Below, piece after piece: positions 38,285-50,914 of a stretch of DNA of 64,000 nucleotides. Under the pieces are notes generated by a model. It worked only from the letters and a program-made list of their open reading frames with translations, was not told the DNA's origin and did not search any database. Each line of letters begins with the position of its first letter. Positions within the stretch are counted from its first letter, which is position 1. This stretch comes from Isurus oxyrinchus. Lineage: Eukaryota. The position numbers and the translations under genes are program-made. The DNA is taken from positions 11,036,001 to 11,100,000 of the forward strand of contig JANJGN010000034.1 of assembly GCA_026770705.1 (NCBI GenBank). Direction: 5' to 3'.

Positions 38285-39360
38285 GCACACAGTACAAACA
38301 CAAACAAATCACGCAGCCCCAGCACAAAGAATCACACAGTCACAGCACAGAAACTCACACATGCCCAGCACAGACACTCACACAGTCCCAGCACAGAAAC
38401 CTACACAATCCCAGAACAGAAAACTCACACAGTCCCAGCACAGAAACTCACACAATCCCAGCACATAAGCTCAAACAGTCCTAGCACAGAAATTCACCGA
38501 CTTCCAGACAGAAACTCACTTAGGCTCAGCAAAGAAATTCACACAGCCCGAGCATAGAAACCCACACAGTCCCAGCACAGAGACTCACACAGACCCAGAA
38601 CAGAAACTCACACAGTCCCAGCACAGAAACTCACAGAAACCCAGCACGGAAACTCACACAGTCCCAGCCCAGATGTTCACACAATCCCAGCACAGAGACT
38701 CACACAGTCCCAGCACAAAAAGTCACACAGTCCCAACATAGAAACTCACAGAAACCCAGCGCCAAAACTCGCAGAATCCCAGCACATAAAATCACACAGT
38801 CTCAGCACAGAAACTCACACAGTCCCAGCACAGAGGCTCACTCAGTTTCAGCACAGAAACTCACACAGGCCTAGAGATTAGACTCACACCTACTCGCACA
38901 GAGACTCGTCCAGTCTTAACACAGAAATCCACACAGTCCTAGCACCGAAACTCACAAAGTTCCAGCACAGGAACTCATTCATTGTCCTAACACAGAAACT
39001 GACACTTGCAGCACACAAAATCACGCAGGCCGAGCGCAGAAACTCACACAGTCGCAGCACAGAAACTCACCTAGTCCCAACATAGAAACTCACGCTGGCC
39101 CAAAGCAGAAACTCACACAATCTCAACAGAAACTCACACACTCGCGGCACAGAGGCTCGTGCAGTCCAAGCAGAGGAACTCACAAAGCTCCAGCACAGAA
39201 TGACACACAGCCCCAGCTTAGAAACACACAGTGTTCCAGCACAGAAACGCACGCAGCCCCAGCACAGAAACTCACAGAGTCCCAGCACAGAAACACACAC
39301 AGCCCCAGTTTAGAAACCCACACTGTTGCAGTACAGAAACTCACACAGCCCCAGAACAGG
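38285..39360. repeat. Diverged 23-bp satellite, opposite orientation
   Basis: Unit CACAGTCCCAGCACAGAAACTCA, the reverse complement of the terminal array. Confidence 0.93.
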
Positions 39361-39696
39361 AACTGCCGCTTTCCCGGCAGAGCCACACAGAAAATCATGT
39401 GATAGTTTTGTGCTAATTGGACAATTCAAAATATTTAAGGCTTTACAGTTGCCTGTCAGTTTCTGCATGAGAGGTTCAGAGAAATGAAACTGACCTAGAT
39501 GTGATGACCACAACTAATCTCCCTTCCGGTGCTTGCTGGCACGTGGTTGCAAGTTGCTGTGGCAACCTGCTTGACGCAAGCAGCTGGTGGCTGCAATTCC
39601 CACAAGGACAGGCACTGCTGCGCTCACCCAACTTCAGAGGCTGCGACCAGTCCACATTGACTGCTTTGTCTCTGGATCAAGACGGAGTTGATTTTA

Positions 39697-39751
39697 ATGT
39701 CGGGGAAAGCCGCCCTGCTTAAAGTGCTGCTGTGCCAAGTAGTTCTCAGTG
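39697..39751 (+). CDS. CEACAM/CD2-like Ig gene, exon 1 (signal peptide)
   Basis: MSGKAALLKVLLCQVVLS then G|GTAAGA donor; 55 nt, phase 1, compatible with the exon at 42346. Confidence 0.72.
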
Positions 39752-40029
39752 GTAAGATATATCGTGTCATCTACGTTTGACAGGGAGAAGTTGGTGCTCA
39801 CAGTCAATGTGCAACAAACCATTTCGAATTGCCACATGAAGCCTACACTGCAGCTTTGTGCAGTTGCGATCACAATAGTTTGATTACTGACTCTGGTAAG
39901 AAGCTGGTAGGCGTTTCACTGAGAGGTACATATCCAAGTTGAAAATTGCCATTTTGTAACTGAAAATATGGAACTCGAAAGACGGGCGTAGCATTTCTGG
40001 CCGGTCAAATATTTCAGAGAAGGTTCATA

Positions 40030-40500
40030 CAGCTGAATCTGGGACTGAGGGGTTTCTCAAGAGGAAAGGTTGGACCTTTATCCATTGCAGTTTAGAAGAG
40101 TCAGAGGTGACCTTTCAGAAATATAAAAAACCCCAAGGAGACTTGACAGGGTGGATGTGGAGAGGATCTTTCCTCTTTTGGGAGAGACTAGAACGAGAGG
40201 ACATAGGGATATAAGGGATCTCCCATACTTGGATATTTGGTAAGTGAGTGTGGAGAAACACTTCGTCCACTGCCAGGAATGGCGGTAACCACAGGAAACA
40301 GGTTTAACATTGTTGGAAAATTAATGAAAATGTGAAGATTTTGGTTTGCACCCGCTGAGTTATACAGAGCTGGAATGGACTGCCGAGGAGGATGGTTGAA
40401 GGGGATTCATTAATTAACGTGAAAAATGTTCCTACTGAGAAAGGGACAACTTTGCAGAGCCATGGGGAAAGGTTAGCAGAGTGGGAATAATTAAATACTT
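40030..40500 (+). mobile_element. CR1 LINE 3' fragments, degenerate
   Basis: TTTAGAAGAGTCAGAGGTGACCT...GACAGGGTGGATGTGGAGAGGAT similar to other copies. Confidence 0.6.
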
Positions 40501-40860
40501 AGGGGAGGCGATGTTAATGGTATTGTTGTTAGGCTAATAATCCATAGGCCCAGGATAATGCTCCGGGGACCTGGGTTCAAATCCTGGCCCGGGAGATGGT
40601 GGAATTCGAATTTAATAAAAACCTAGAATTAAGAGTCTGATAATGAAATGGTTGTCGATATTTGTAAAGACCCATCTGGTTCACTGTCATCCTTACCTGG
40701 TCTGGCCTACGTGTGACCCCGGACCCAGCAATGTAGTTGACTCTTAAATGCTGTCTGAAATGGCCTAGTAAGCCAATCAGTGCAAAGACAATTAGGGGTC
40801 GGCATCAATGCTGGCCTGGCCAGTGAGACCCACATCCCATGACGGAATAAATAAAAAACA
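40500..40860 (+). mobile_element. tRNA-derived SINE, full length
   Basis: GGGGAGGCGATG head, GGGTTCAAATCC box B, CCCACATCCCATGA...A-rich tail. Confidence 0.82.
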
Positions 40861-41500
40861 CATTTAGTGCACTAGAACGCCATGAGACATTTCATGGGAA
40901 CATTAAATGATATAATAGGGCTCGACCACAACAGGATGCATTCGTTCAGTTGCTTAATCCAGGAGACAGGTTTTCAGGAGTTTCTTAAAGGAGGGATGTG
41001 CCATAAAGAGATTTAGAGAGGGACTTTCAGGGCCTAAGACCAAGCTATCCGAAGGCCTGGCCACGCACCGTGGAGCACCGGAAATCGGAGGTGCTCAGGA
41101 ATTCTGAAGCAGTTGGGCACAAGTACTTGGGAGGCTTGCGGATCTGGAGGAGCTCACCGAGACCGAGAGAGATGCGGCCATGCAGGGATTGGAAAAGAGG
41201 GACGGATGATTCAAAATGAAGCAATTGCTTAACTAGGGGCCATGGAAGGGCAGCAAGGACGTTGGGGGGGGGGGGGGGGGGGTGGTGATGGTTCAACAGG
41301 GTGTGGTGCAAGTTTTGACATGGGTGGCAGGGTTTGGATGACGTCACGCTTACGGAGGGTAGAATGTGGGAGATCAGGGCTTTGTAATTGGCGTGTCCAG
41401 AGGTCAGGAAGGTGTGAATGAGGGTTTCGGCAGTAGATGAGCTGAGCGAGGGGCAATGTTGGGCAATGTTCTGCAAGTGGAAAAAACTAGTCTTTGTAGT
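40860..41500 (-). mobile_element. L2-clade LINE 3' fragment
   Basis: FFHLQNIAQHCPSLSSSTAETLIHTFLTS, typical of the L2 ORF2 C-terminus. Confidence 0.7.
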
Positions 41501-41689
41501 GGAGCGCTTGCTCTGGAATTCCCTATTCAAATTTTCCTTCCCTGCTTTTTCTGTTCTCCTTTACAAATCTGTCGAAATGTCAGTCCATCAATTTGAAAAG
41601 GCAGTTTGAACTAGGAAGTGATAATTAGAAAATTTGATTCAATACCTAGTGAGGCAGAGAATGTGAAACAAAGGAACGTAGAGTAAGAT

Positions 41690-42055
41690 ATAATTGAGGG
41701 AGAAACAGAGGGGGAAAGACAGAGAGAATGAGGGAAGGAGGGAGAAAGGGTGGGGGAAGACAGAGAAAGAGGGGTGGCGGGAAGAGAGAGGGGTGAGGGA
41801 CAGGGAAAGGAAAGATTGAGCAGGGAGTGGAACGATAGAGTAAGAGAGAGGGAGACAGGAAGGGGGATAAAGTGGGCGTGGAGAAAGAGAGAAACAGGAA
41901 GAGGGATAAAGGGGGAATGGAGAAAGAGAGGGAAAGTGAGACAAAGAGAGACAGAGAAAGGGGAAAGAGAGAGAGAGGCTGAAAGGGAGAGGGAAAGAGA
42001 GACAGGGAGAGAACGGTGAGAGATAGGATGAAAGGGGAGAGATAGAGTGAAAGGG
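41690..42055. repeat. GA-rich low-complexity tract
   Basis: Polypurine tract in intron 1 of the CEACAM-like gene. Confidence 0.85.
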
Positions 42056-42345
42056 TGTATCATGTGAGCATAGCCACTTCATTCCATTCTATGTGTTTCA
42101 ATGGCGAGCTTCTGCTGATTTCTTGGGATATTAGGGCAACTCGGACAGCAGAGTGCTAATTTCGGTGTTGAGTGCACAGGTACAGTCACTGCCTGCATCA
42201 TCCTTCAATGACACCTGCGCACAGATCGCCTCATCATTACCGTGAATGGAAAATCCAGACCAATGATTGAAGATGGAGATTTTCCTGACGCTGTCCCTCC
42301 ACAAAAAAAACACTCAATTTTCTCATTCTCTCTCGCTCTCTGTAG

Positions 42346-42657
42346 CGGATCAGTTCGACATCAGAGTAAGAGAAATGCATGTGACCGGAGTCCTGGGTAA
42401 ATTGGTTGTATTATCCGTTCATGAAGAAGGGCCAATACGGAGAATCACCTGGGACAAGGGCAAGCAGAGATTTCTGAGCTGGCAGAATGGTGATGGTCAC
42501 AAAATCTTCTGCAGAGATCAAAACAGAGTAACATGTTTCCCGGATTGCTCCCTCCAGCTTTCAGACCTGCAGATGGAAGACCATGGGGTCTATCTGGTAA
42601 CAGCAGTAGCTGCTGATGGTCAGACCAAAAAACAATCCATCTATTTAGACCTCTCCG
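42346..42657 (+). CDS. CEACAM N-domain/CD2-SLAM-like V-set Ig exon
   Basis: Strong pyrimidine tract plus TGTAG acceptor; DQFDIRV...GKLVVLSVH...ITW...RVTCFPDCSLQLSDLQMEDHGVYLV...LDLS; no B/F cysteines, D-x-G-x-Y motif; G|GTAAGT donor; 312 nt, phase 1/1. Downstream exons not found. Confidence 0.82.
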
Positions 42658-43184
42658 GTAAGTGATGTTATTCCCTGTTGGTGAGGTGGAGAGCAACATG
42701 CCCGGTAATCCACAACCATGTTGACCTTGTGCCGAATCAAGTTCGAGCTTCATGCATAGCCATAAATGTTCATGTTAGGAAAGTTCACTCGACTGTCCTA
42801 CTGCTTTTCTGGGAGCCTCCCATCTTGGGCAAACTTTCAACTTCAGGTCATCCAAAAGCCTGCGAGTCGAATCGTCTCCTAAGCCAGTAGGGGATTTTGC
42901 ATCTCAGAAGGCAGGCGAGGTCTCAGCTGAGCCTCTCGACTGAAATCTCAACACCTCCCATGGTGCAGTATTCTTCCGGGACCGGTCGAGGTTTTCCACT
43001 AGAGCCTGCAGAAGCTTGATGTGAGCCAGAGGCTGGCACTGAGCCTACCCTGGCATCGCCACTAGGCTGTTACCTGAGTGCTTTGGTGGGGACTTCAATT
43101 CCTCCAGTATCCCTGAACGCGCAGTGACCCCCGGGCACCTCTCCCATGCATGGCTGATATGGCTTCTGCCCAAAGTCTGGCTGG

Positions 43185-43640
43185 CGATGAGGTGTGGGGA
43201 TGGGGGAGGTCCTTGTGGACAGGTAGTGTGGGTTGGAAGGTGTGGGGGTGGGGCGAGGTGTTGGTAGGCGTCTCCTGGGGTGTAGAGGGTGTGGTGGGAG
43301 CTGGTAGAAGGCGGCCAGTATGGGGTTGGATGAACTGGTGGTAGGCGGGGCTTTGGGGATGGGGCAGCGGGGTGGAAGTGCTGATGGTCGGTGGGTGGTG
43401 GGGTTTGGTGGCGTGTTGGGAGAGGTAGTGGGAGACAGGTGGGGGCTGGGGGTGGGGAGAGCTGGTGGTAGACCGGTTGGGCTGGGGGGCGAGGGAGCTG
43501 GTGGTAGGTGAATTGTTAGGGTGGGGTCTGAGGGTGGGTGGAGCTGGTGGTAGGCAGGCGGTGGGAGCTTGAAGTGTGTGTGTATTTGTGTGTGTTGGGG
43601 GGGGGTTGGTGGTCAGGTGTAGGGATGGGTTAGGGTGAGG
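43185..43640 (+). repeat. G-rich tract with recurring GAGCTGGTGGTAG
   Basis: Dense GGG/GGGG runs on the plus strand. Confidence 0.8.
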
Positions 43641-44199
43641 CCAGGAATGCGGCTGAACCATGTCCCGCTCCAAATCCACGTATTTTCTGCCCTAAAGCCC
43701 CTTCTCCCCCTGTGGTTAACCCCTCCTTGGCCCCTCCAGCTGCAGAATTGCAATGGTTTTCTGCTTCCAACGTGTACATGGATTGAACCTAGAGGTTCAA
43801 GGGCCGCAGACACATGGGAACACCACCACCTGGGAATTCCCTCCAAACCACCCACCATCTTGACTTGGAAATATATTTCACTGGGTGAAAATCCTGGAAC
43901 TGCCTCCCTAACAGCATTGTGGATGTACCTTGCATTGCATCTATTTTTCTAAACACTCACCTCTTGTTCGCATCACATGTCCAAAGTATGTCTACCTCCT
44001 TAATAACACTGCCTCAACGTGACAGTGGTCAGAACACGGAAATCTGTATCATGGATTTGGAGGACATTTGTGAGGTGGAGCACGGGTATTATTAATGGTG
44101 AAAATAAAGTTTTAGGATTGTCCTTCAGAACTCAACTGGTTTCACTCGGGTTCGTTATGAAGCTTGACCTCAGTACCAGTTCTGGAGCAGATGTGACAC

Positions 44200-44556
44200 T
44201 TTTTCCTTCATTATTTCATGGGGTGTGGGCCTCGCTGGCAACATCTCTAATTGCCCTTGAACTGAGTGCCTTGCGGGGCCGTTTCAGAGCCCAGTTAAGA
44301 GTCAAACTCTTTGCTGTGGGACTGGACCTTAACCAGCCTAGAAAAGGACTGCAAATTAAGGACAGCGTTAGCGAACCAGATGTTTTCTTCTTTTAAAGCA
44401 CGAAAATGTTTTCATGGCCAACACGAGCTGTATTCCAGGTGTATTAATTGAAATTAAATTGCACCAGCTGCCATGGTGGGATTTGAACCCATGCCCCCAG
44501 CGTGCAAATCTGGGCGCCTAGGAATACAGGCCCAATGCAGTTTCCACTACGTCACC
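44200..44556 (-). mobile_element. tRNA-derived SINE
   Basis: Reverse complement of the same family (GGGATTTGAACCC box B). Confidence 0.75.
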
Positions 44557-46689
44557 ATCACCCAGACGTCGCCTTATTGTACCACACTGCCACAGCTGGT
44601 CAAGATGACACACAAGCACCTGTTCATGGTATTGAGAAATGGGTGGTAAGTGCCAGCAACGCCTGCATCCCGAGACTGAATTGACAAAACAGAAAAGCAC
44701 AGAAAAGCATTATAAATTGTCCCAATTGCTCCCCTCTCTTGTTAATATCAGGGGAAACAACTGAATTCGTTATTTCAGCAAAGATTTTCGTCTTTTATAG
44801 AACTGCCAAACCTATCAGTTCATATCAATATAATTATTGTTGTTCAATTGCCCACATCGGATAGGGCAAAATGGGCGACAGTAAATCGGCGGGAGCGATT
44901 CAACAGGTTAGGCCTACACCCACTCTAGTTTTGAAGATTGGGTAGTGGTCGTATTCAAACAAGTAAGATCCTGGGGGACGAGAGAAAGTGGGCACTGGGA
45001 GGCTGTTTCCATTGTGGGGGCTAAAACGAGGCGTCACAGTTTAAGAATAAGATTTCCCTTTTAAGACGGAGATGATGTGATTATATATTATATATGTGTG
45101 TGTTTATGTATATATTCTCTGTAAGTAAGTGTAAGCTGTGTCTGTATGTGTGCCTAGAGTTAATCAAAGGTTTGGTTGTTGGAGTCAGACTGCAGAATCT
45201 AAGGGATGTAAGACTAAAGGTGTTACCTTCCTGCTAATATGATGAAGCCTTCTGCTGGGTCTTCACCTACAAGTAAACAGCGTAGATCTGAAATTTGCAT
45301 TTTGGAATTGGTTTGTAGCTGCTGCATTTCACAGGAGTCTGAAAGGTATGAAAGAACATTTGCAATTTACAGGAAATTCGTGAGTAAACAGAGGCAGGCG
45401 TTTTAAATTTTATCGGCCCAAAACGGAGATAAAATAGGAATATGAAAGCTTTTAATACTTGGAAATCTGAGTCTTAAAGGGATATTTAAAAACAATGGAG
45501 AACCAAGGTGAAAGGGTTCAAAAATGTATTTATGGAAAAGGGTTTTCAGCTGTGAAGGGCGGCTGTGGACAGAAGTCCCACTGAAAGCCTCCTCCTGTGC
45601 GGCGAAAAGCTGTGAAAGTCTTTTAATTAAAGAAAGCAACTCGGTTTTCGATTAGGACGATATTTGTCCTGAGGAACAGTGTGTTTTAAACCTTCCTTTT
45701 GGAAATAAAAACGCATCAGCATGGATTCATTATGAGAATCGTGGCTTGTACTTCTGTTTAAATTGAAAGCAATTTCTCGTTTTGGGGGCCAGTTCCTGGA
45801 TGTTATGGTTAAGGATCTATAAGTTTTATGTTTTATTATTTGATGTAAGCACTTTTTCGTTTTCGGTAGATAACAGAACAGTCATAGCATTGTGACAAGG
45901 TGGAAGGCAGCAAGCCCTCTCCAAATCCCTATTCTGCGCAGTTCGTTGTTTTTGTTTGATCTGCTTCAGCCACTACTTGCTCGAAGCGAGGGGCCACCAC
46001 ACCAGAGTAGTTAGCCCGGGAGGGGGAAGGGCAAATAGTCTACGGGTGAGGTGACAAGGGGAAAGCTGCATTATAATTAAGGTCTAAATTCAGGACACTA
46101 AGCTATCATGGGTGACCATGATACATTTCATGATATTCAGAGCCAAGCGATCGGGGGAAAGTGGGCGCCTCAGTGCACACGAGAGAGACGTCCACCTGCT
46201 GGGAACATCCGCCAACTGGTCAATCATTCCTCAAGGGACTTCTTGAGTGGTGATGTAGAATTGTGAATTGATAAGTTTTCTCTTGGAGATAGTGATGCGT
46301 TTGTCTATTTTGGGCCGTGAGAAGTTTGCATGTTCTAGATTTTAGACCCTGGCCATAATGCAAAGGGACATTCTAACCCAAGGCTTCCAGGCATGACTAA
46401 CCCCTGCCGTCACCCCCGACCATTTGCAAGGATAGCCTCGTAGCGCTACAATGGCTTGTGCCAATGACTTGCGTGGCATGACCGTGGACTATTGTTAGGT
46501 GTTCTGACGGGAGAAGTTGCATATGGGGGGTATCATTATATGGGCGGATTGATGCAATAATTAGAGGAAGGAAGAGTATCAAAACCTCCTCAATCGCGGT
46601 GGCGACAGAACGATATGGAATTGGACTCAATGCAACAACACTTTGGGAATGCGCTAGCGCCTATTTCACACAATCTCAGAATGCATTCA

Positions 46690-47230
46690 TAGAAATCAAA
46701 AGCACGACTGTGATGCTGAATCTTTATCATTCACAGGTTATACCTCGCCTAGAATACTGATTCCAATTAAATGCAGCACATTACATGAATAACATTGCTC
46801 TACGAGAGAGGGAGGGTGCGGTGCAGTTTGACTGGAATGATGCTACCGAGGAGAGATTTCGATTCTGCGCAAAGACTAGGAAGTTCGGCTTGTTCCCTTT
46901 GGAGAAAAGAAGGTTGAAGAAACATTACTTGGAAGCAGGCGAAATTATGATAATGTTTTTGGAGAGAAAAAGTGGCACCACCATCAGAGAGTATTGGGAA
47001 CTGGCGGAAGGCACATTTATGGTCATTGCCTTGAGAAGCAGATGAAGAGATATATTGTGCTCAGCGAGTTATTATGAAGTGGGAACATATTAAATGATTA
47101 CTTATTATGAGGAAAGTAATTGGACGCAATTATCAAAAGGAAGAACCTGTGGGTGCAGGTATGTGGAATTAATTGGATCGCTCACTCAAATAGCAGACAT
47201 TGTCACCATGTGAACCCTTCCGTGCTGAAA
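46690..47230 (+). mobile_element. Old CR1 LINE fragment
   Basis: GLFPLEKRRL motif and a degenerate tail. Confidence 0.55.
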
Positions 47231-47309
47231 TGTACAATGTGGACACCATAATGTTGGTTGTATCACATTCACCACTACGATAATTTGGAGTCTGTGAACT
47301 TGTTTGGAC

Positions 47310-47645
47310 TTTTAAAACAATCTGTTCATGGGATGTGGGCATAGCTAGCTAAGCCAACATTTATTTCCCACCCATAATTGCCCTTGTTCAGAGGGCATTT
47401 AAGAGCCAACCACATTGCTGTGGGTCTGGAGTCACCACGTAAGGACAGCAGGTTTCCTTCTCTAAAAGAACATTGGTGAATCAGACGGGTTTTTTTTTTA
47501 TGACAATCGACAATTGTTTCATGGTCACCATTAGGCGTTTCATTCCAGGTTCTTAATTGAATTCAAATTCCACCATGGGTCCCCATAGCATCCGCCCTGG
47601 GTCTCTGGATTATCAGTCCAATTATAATACCACTCCACCACCACT
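47310..47645 (-). mobile_element. tRNA-derived SINE
   Basis: Reverse copy of the same family, just 3' of GPCR A. Confidence 0.75.
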
Positions 47646-47901
47646 TTCCCATTTGAACATCTGGGGCAGTGTATAATAGGTCGTGACCCCTTCCACGCTA
47701 CTGCCAATGAAAACCTTCCATCCCTTTGACACAATGTTTCTGCCCCTCTGTCGTGGACTGAAAATTTTGCAGGACCATTTGTTTAAACTATGGCCACACT
47801 GTGTTTCTTATTCTTGCGCGAGATCCCTATATATTCAATATTAAAGAGAGCATTTGAGTGGAACTCAGTGTCAATATTAGCAAGTCTCTATTCCTTCTGC
47901 A

Positions 47902-48803
47902 TTATTTCAAGAACTGATGAATTAGCACCAGTGGATATGTCAGTATTTTTTTCAGCTCGCTTCTATACCTGGCCTGGGTTACTGCATAGACACATGTGTT
48001 GGTGCAACAGCTGAAAAGGAGAAGGGCATACCCAGCTTCTTGGAGAATATATACGGGATCATCGGTACCTGTATAGTTATAAGTGTTTGTAATCCGATGG
48101 TATATGTAATGCACGGCAAAAGTCATCCAGAAGAGTATAAAACTACCAGATATTGTGAGAAGCAAAATAATGGATCTTCTTCGATTCTCCATTTCCAGGT
48201 CATTCTCCCTTTTACTGTGTTTCTTGCCACGCAGAGCCTTGCGGGTTCTATTGGCCACTATAATGTGCTTCACTGTTAGTGCATTAAACAATGATATGAA
48301 AATCAATGGAATGAATGGGGTTAAAATATGGTTTAGAAACGAAAATGCTCTCCATAGCGGGGCGGAATAAAAGGTAGATTCGAAGATACAATACCAGGGT
48401 ACATTGTTGATAAAATACAAAGGTTTAAATGCAAAATACCAGGGGATGTTTCTTAAACAGCTCAGTGCAAACACAATTCCTACAACCACTGCTGCCGCAT
48501 CCTCCATGCAGTATTTCGTTTTCAGCTTCCTGCAACAAATAGCCACATACCGATCAAAGGTGAAAGCCATAGTTAACCAGACTGAGCTGTCTTTGGCAGC
48601 ATAAATGAGGGCAACTTTGAGCCGACACAGCGGCGTAATGTACAGGAAGCTGGCTGGAAAATACACATCAATTATGCGGCTCAACACCACACTGGTGAGA
48701 ATGACCAGAAGATCTGCCACTGCCATGGCTACCAGGTAGTGGGTGATGCATTTGGCTAGACCACACTTCCCTCGAGACATTATCACAATCGTCACTACAT
48801 TCG
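47902..48803 (-). CDS. GPR139-like class A GPCR A, exon 2 (end of TM1 to TM7, stop)
   Basis: ORF 47902-48795 extended to acceptor CCTACAG; motifs YLVAMAVADL, TFDRYV, NIPWYF, PFIP, SCCTNTCVY. Confidence 0.92.
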
Positions 48804-48983
48804 CTGTAGGAAGGGGAAAAACATAGTTAAGTTAATGACCAGTTGGTCAGTAAGTTCTTCTATCAGGGATAAATTCAGTTACATGTTATTGTTCGATTTC
48901 TACGTGGAGCAATGCCCAGGATTGCTTAAACACACGAGCGTTTGTAAATGAAAGCAAACTTTCAACAGGAAAAAAAAAACAGA

Positions 48984-49494
48984 ATTAATAGTCATTTGGT
49001 ACTACACAGCTTGAATATTGCTAAAAAAATACATTTTGTCGAAGCTTTTCGTCTTGCACTCATCAGAACAATCGCAAGAATACCTATGTCAGGGGAAGCA
49101 ACAACGTTATATTGAATGAGAAGAGGGTGCTGACTGGTGGGAAGTGGACTCTGGTAGAGGTACTGCCAAGGAGGGTAAGCCTGTTAATGGTGACTAACTG
49201 TTAACTGCCAAGCATTGTTTGAAATTTGAATCAGGCTGCTTGATTCTGACTAGTCAAAGAATGAACCAGCGGATGTCTGTCCCTTGTTTTGTTTAGCTGA
49301 AAGAGCCGTAATGTATGTACATCTCCTTCTTGTTTGCAAATTATAGGGCCCTGTGTATTAATATATGTAGCTTCCAGTACACACAAACGTGCCACACTGC
49401 GAGTTGTTGCTTGCCCTGAGATTGGTAGGCTTGCGATTGTCCAGGTGAGTGCATAACGAAAATCTCCGGCAAAATTTATTTTTTCAGCAATATT
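48984..49494. mobile_element. Non-autonomous Penelope-related element with ~65-bp inverted repeats carrying hammerhead motifs
   Basis: 49014-49078 and 49430-49494 are imperfect reverse complements; a second, truncated copy lies at about 4794-5150. Confidence 0.7.
49036..49071 (-). ncRNA. Minimal type I hammerhead ribozyme motif
   Basis: Minus strand TTGTT-CTGATGA-GT(GCAAG)AC-GAAA-AGCT-TC-GACAA: complete catalytic core, 5-bp stem I, 2-bp stem II, palindromic stem III (AAGCTT), UUC cleavage triplet. Confidence 0.65.
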
Positions 49495-50914
49495 TAGAAA
49501 TAAGGGCGCATTATCCCACCAAGCGACTTAATATAATGTTTAAAATTTTGCAATATACTGTTCAGGAATTAATTTGAATAAATTACAGGAAAGAGGCTTA
49601 TGTGGAGCACAATTGTCTGTTTCGGTCAAATGGCTTGTTGGTGTGCTGTGGAACCCTATATCACCTGTGCCATTAATAAAACGAAAACCGTCAAATCGCT
49701 GTGGTCGCAATGGGGCTGAAAGTAAATTTTGGCAATGAGCAGCGAAAATCTTCAAAAAGATGACTGTGAGGCGGTAAACAGGACGAATCAGATGCTCAAA
49801 TTCATTATTGAGAACAACTTGGTTGATATGGGATGCACACATCGAATAAAGAACACGTTTAACATTAAAGCTGCCGAGGAATAATACAAATGCACTGCGA
49901 CATAGAAGGATTAGCACATGATAAGAATGGGTGGGGGTGCACTTTGTGCGGATGGGAGTTCTAGAACAGAAATGACTGATTTGTGATGTTGCCCCCAGGA
50001 AGGATGCTAGATTGGCTCAGCGGCTCTGGAGGGAAGGCCCAGTTGATTGGCCATCTCGGCCACGTGATAAGTGCTGCTGAAGTTTTTCTACAGTTGCATA
50101 AAGCCCTGATTAGACTACATCTGGGTAACTGTGTACAGTTCTGGGTACCACTCCTTAGAAAGACTACACTGGCCTTAGAAAGAGTGTAGAACACATTCAC
50201 TAGAATGTTACCACGTTACTAGAAATTATGTGAATTAGACTTGTAACTCTTTCGAGTACAAACCCGTTTCCATCTGTTTCAGATGAAGTTACATTGTTTC
50301 ATAGTTTGCCATTGTGAGATTTAAACTCTTGATCTTGGGGGTTACAAACCCAGTACCATAACCACTTGGCTATTTAGGCCAAGCTTGCGAACGGGGTTTT
50401 GCGTCATTGCAAATTGCTTGTGCTGCCAAAAGCAGATCAGGCAGCTCGTCAGAAGTAAAGAATGGGTAAAGTTGCCAATGGCTCAGTGACGTATTGGGAG
50501 CGCAGATCTGCCAGGGAGTTGGAAGAAGGGATGGATTTCCGGGGGATGAGGGCAGGAGTGAAACAAAGGATCGACCCAGTGATTGGGCAACAGAAAAGCG
50601 CGAGGTGTTAGAGTGATGGTGATCTATATGTTTCCCCACCTTTGAGAGCCACTCATCTCCGACTGAGCTTTTGACTTTTCGCCCTCATTCGTCCTTATGC
50701 GGCATGGCCTCCAATCCTGCTTATCCCGTAAAGCGCCTTGGGGCATGTCACTAATTTAAAGTCGCAACAGAAACACAAGCCCTTGTTGTTGTTGTGTTTG
50801 CAGTCTCTTTCAGCTGTCGTGTTGACTAAATTTGAGAAGATATGCATTGTGCTTGTTTATCCCAGATCAGCGGAGTTTCAATTTAAGGAGTGGACTCCCG
50901 CCATGCGGAAGTGC

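Noticed and set aside
38285-39360. Satellite unit resembles a V(D)J recombination signal (CACAGTC ... ACAGAAACT)
   Set aside because: Heptamer-nonamer spacing is 5 or 28 bp (17 bp using CACAGAA), never 12 or 23.
45078-46650. Possible LTR plus internal retroelement relic interrupting a CR1 fragment
   Set aside because: TG...CA ends can be drawn, but no second LTR, target duplication, clear primer-binding site or gag/pol motif could be recognised.
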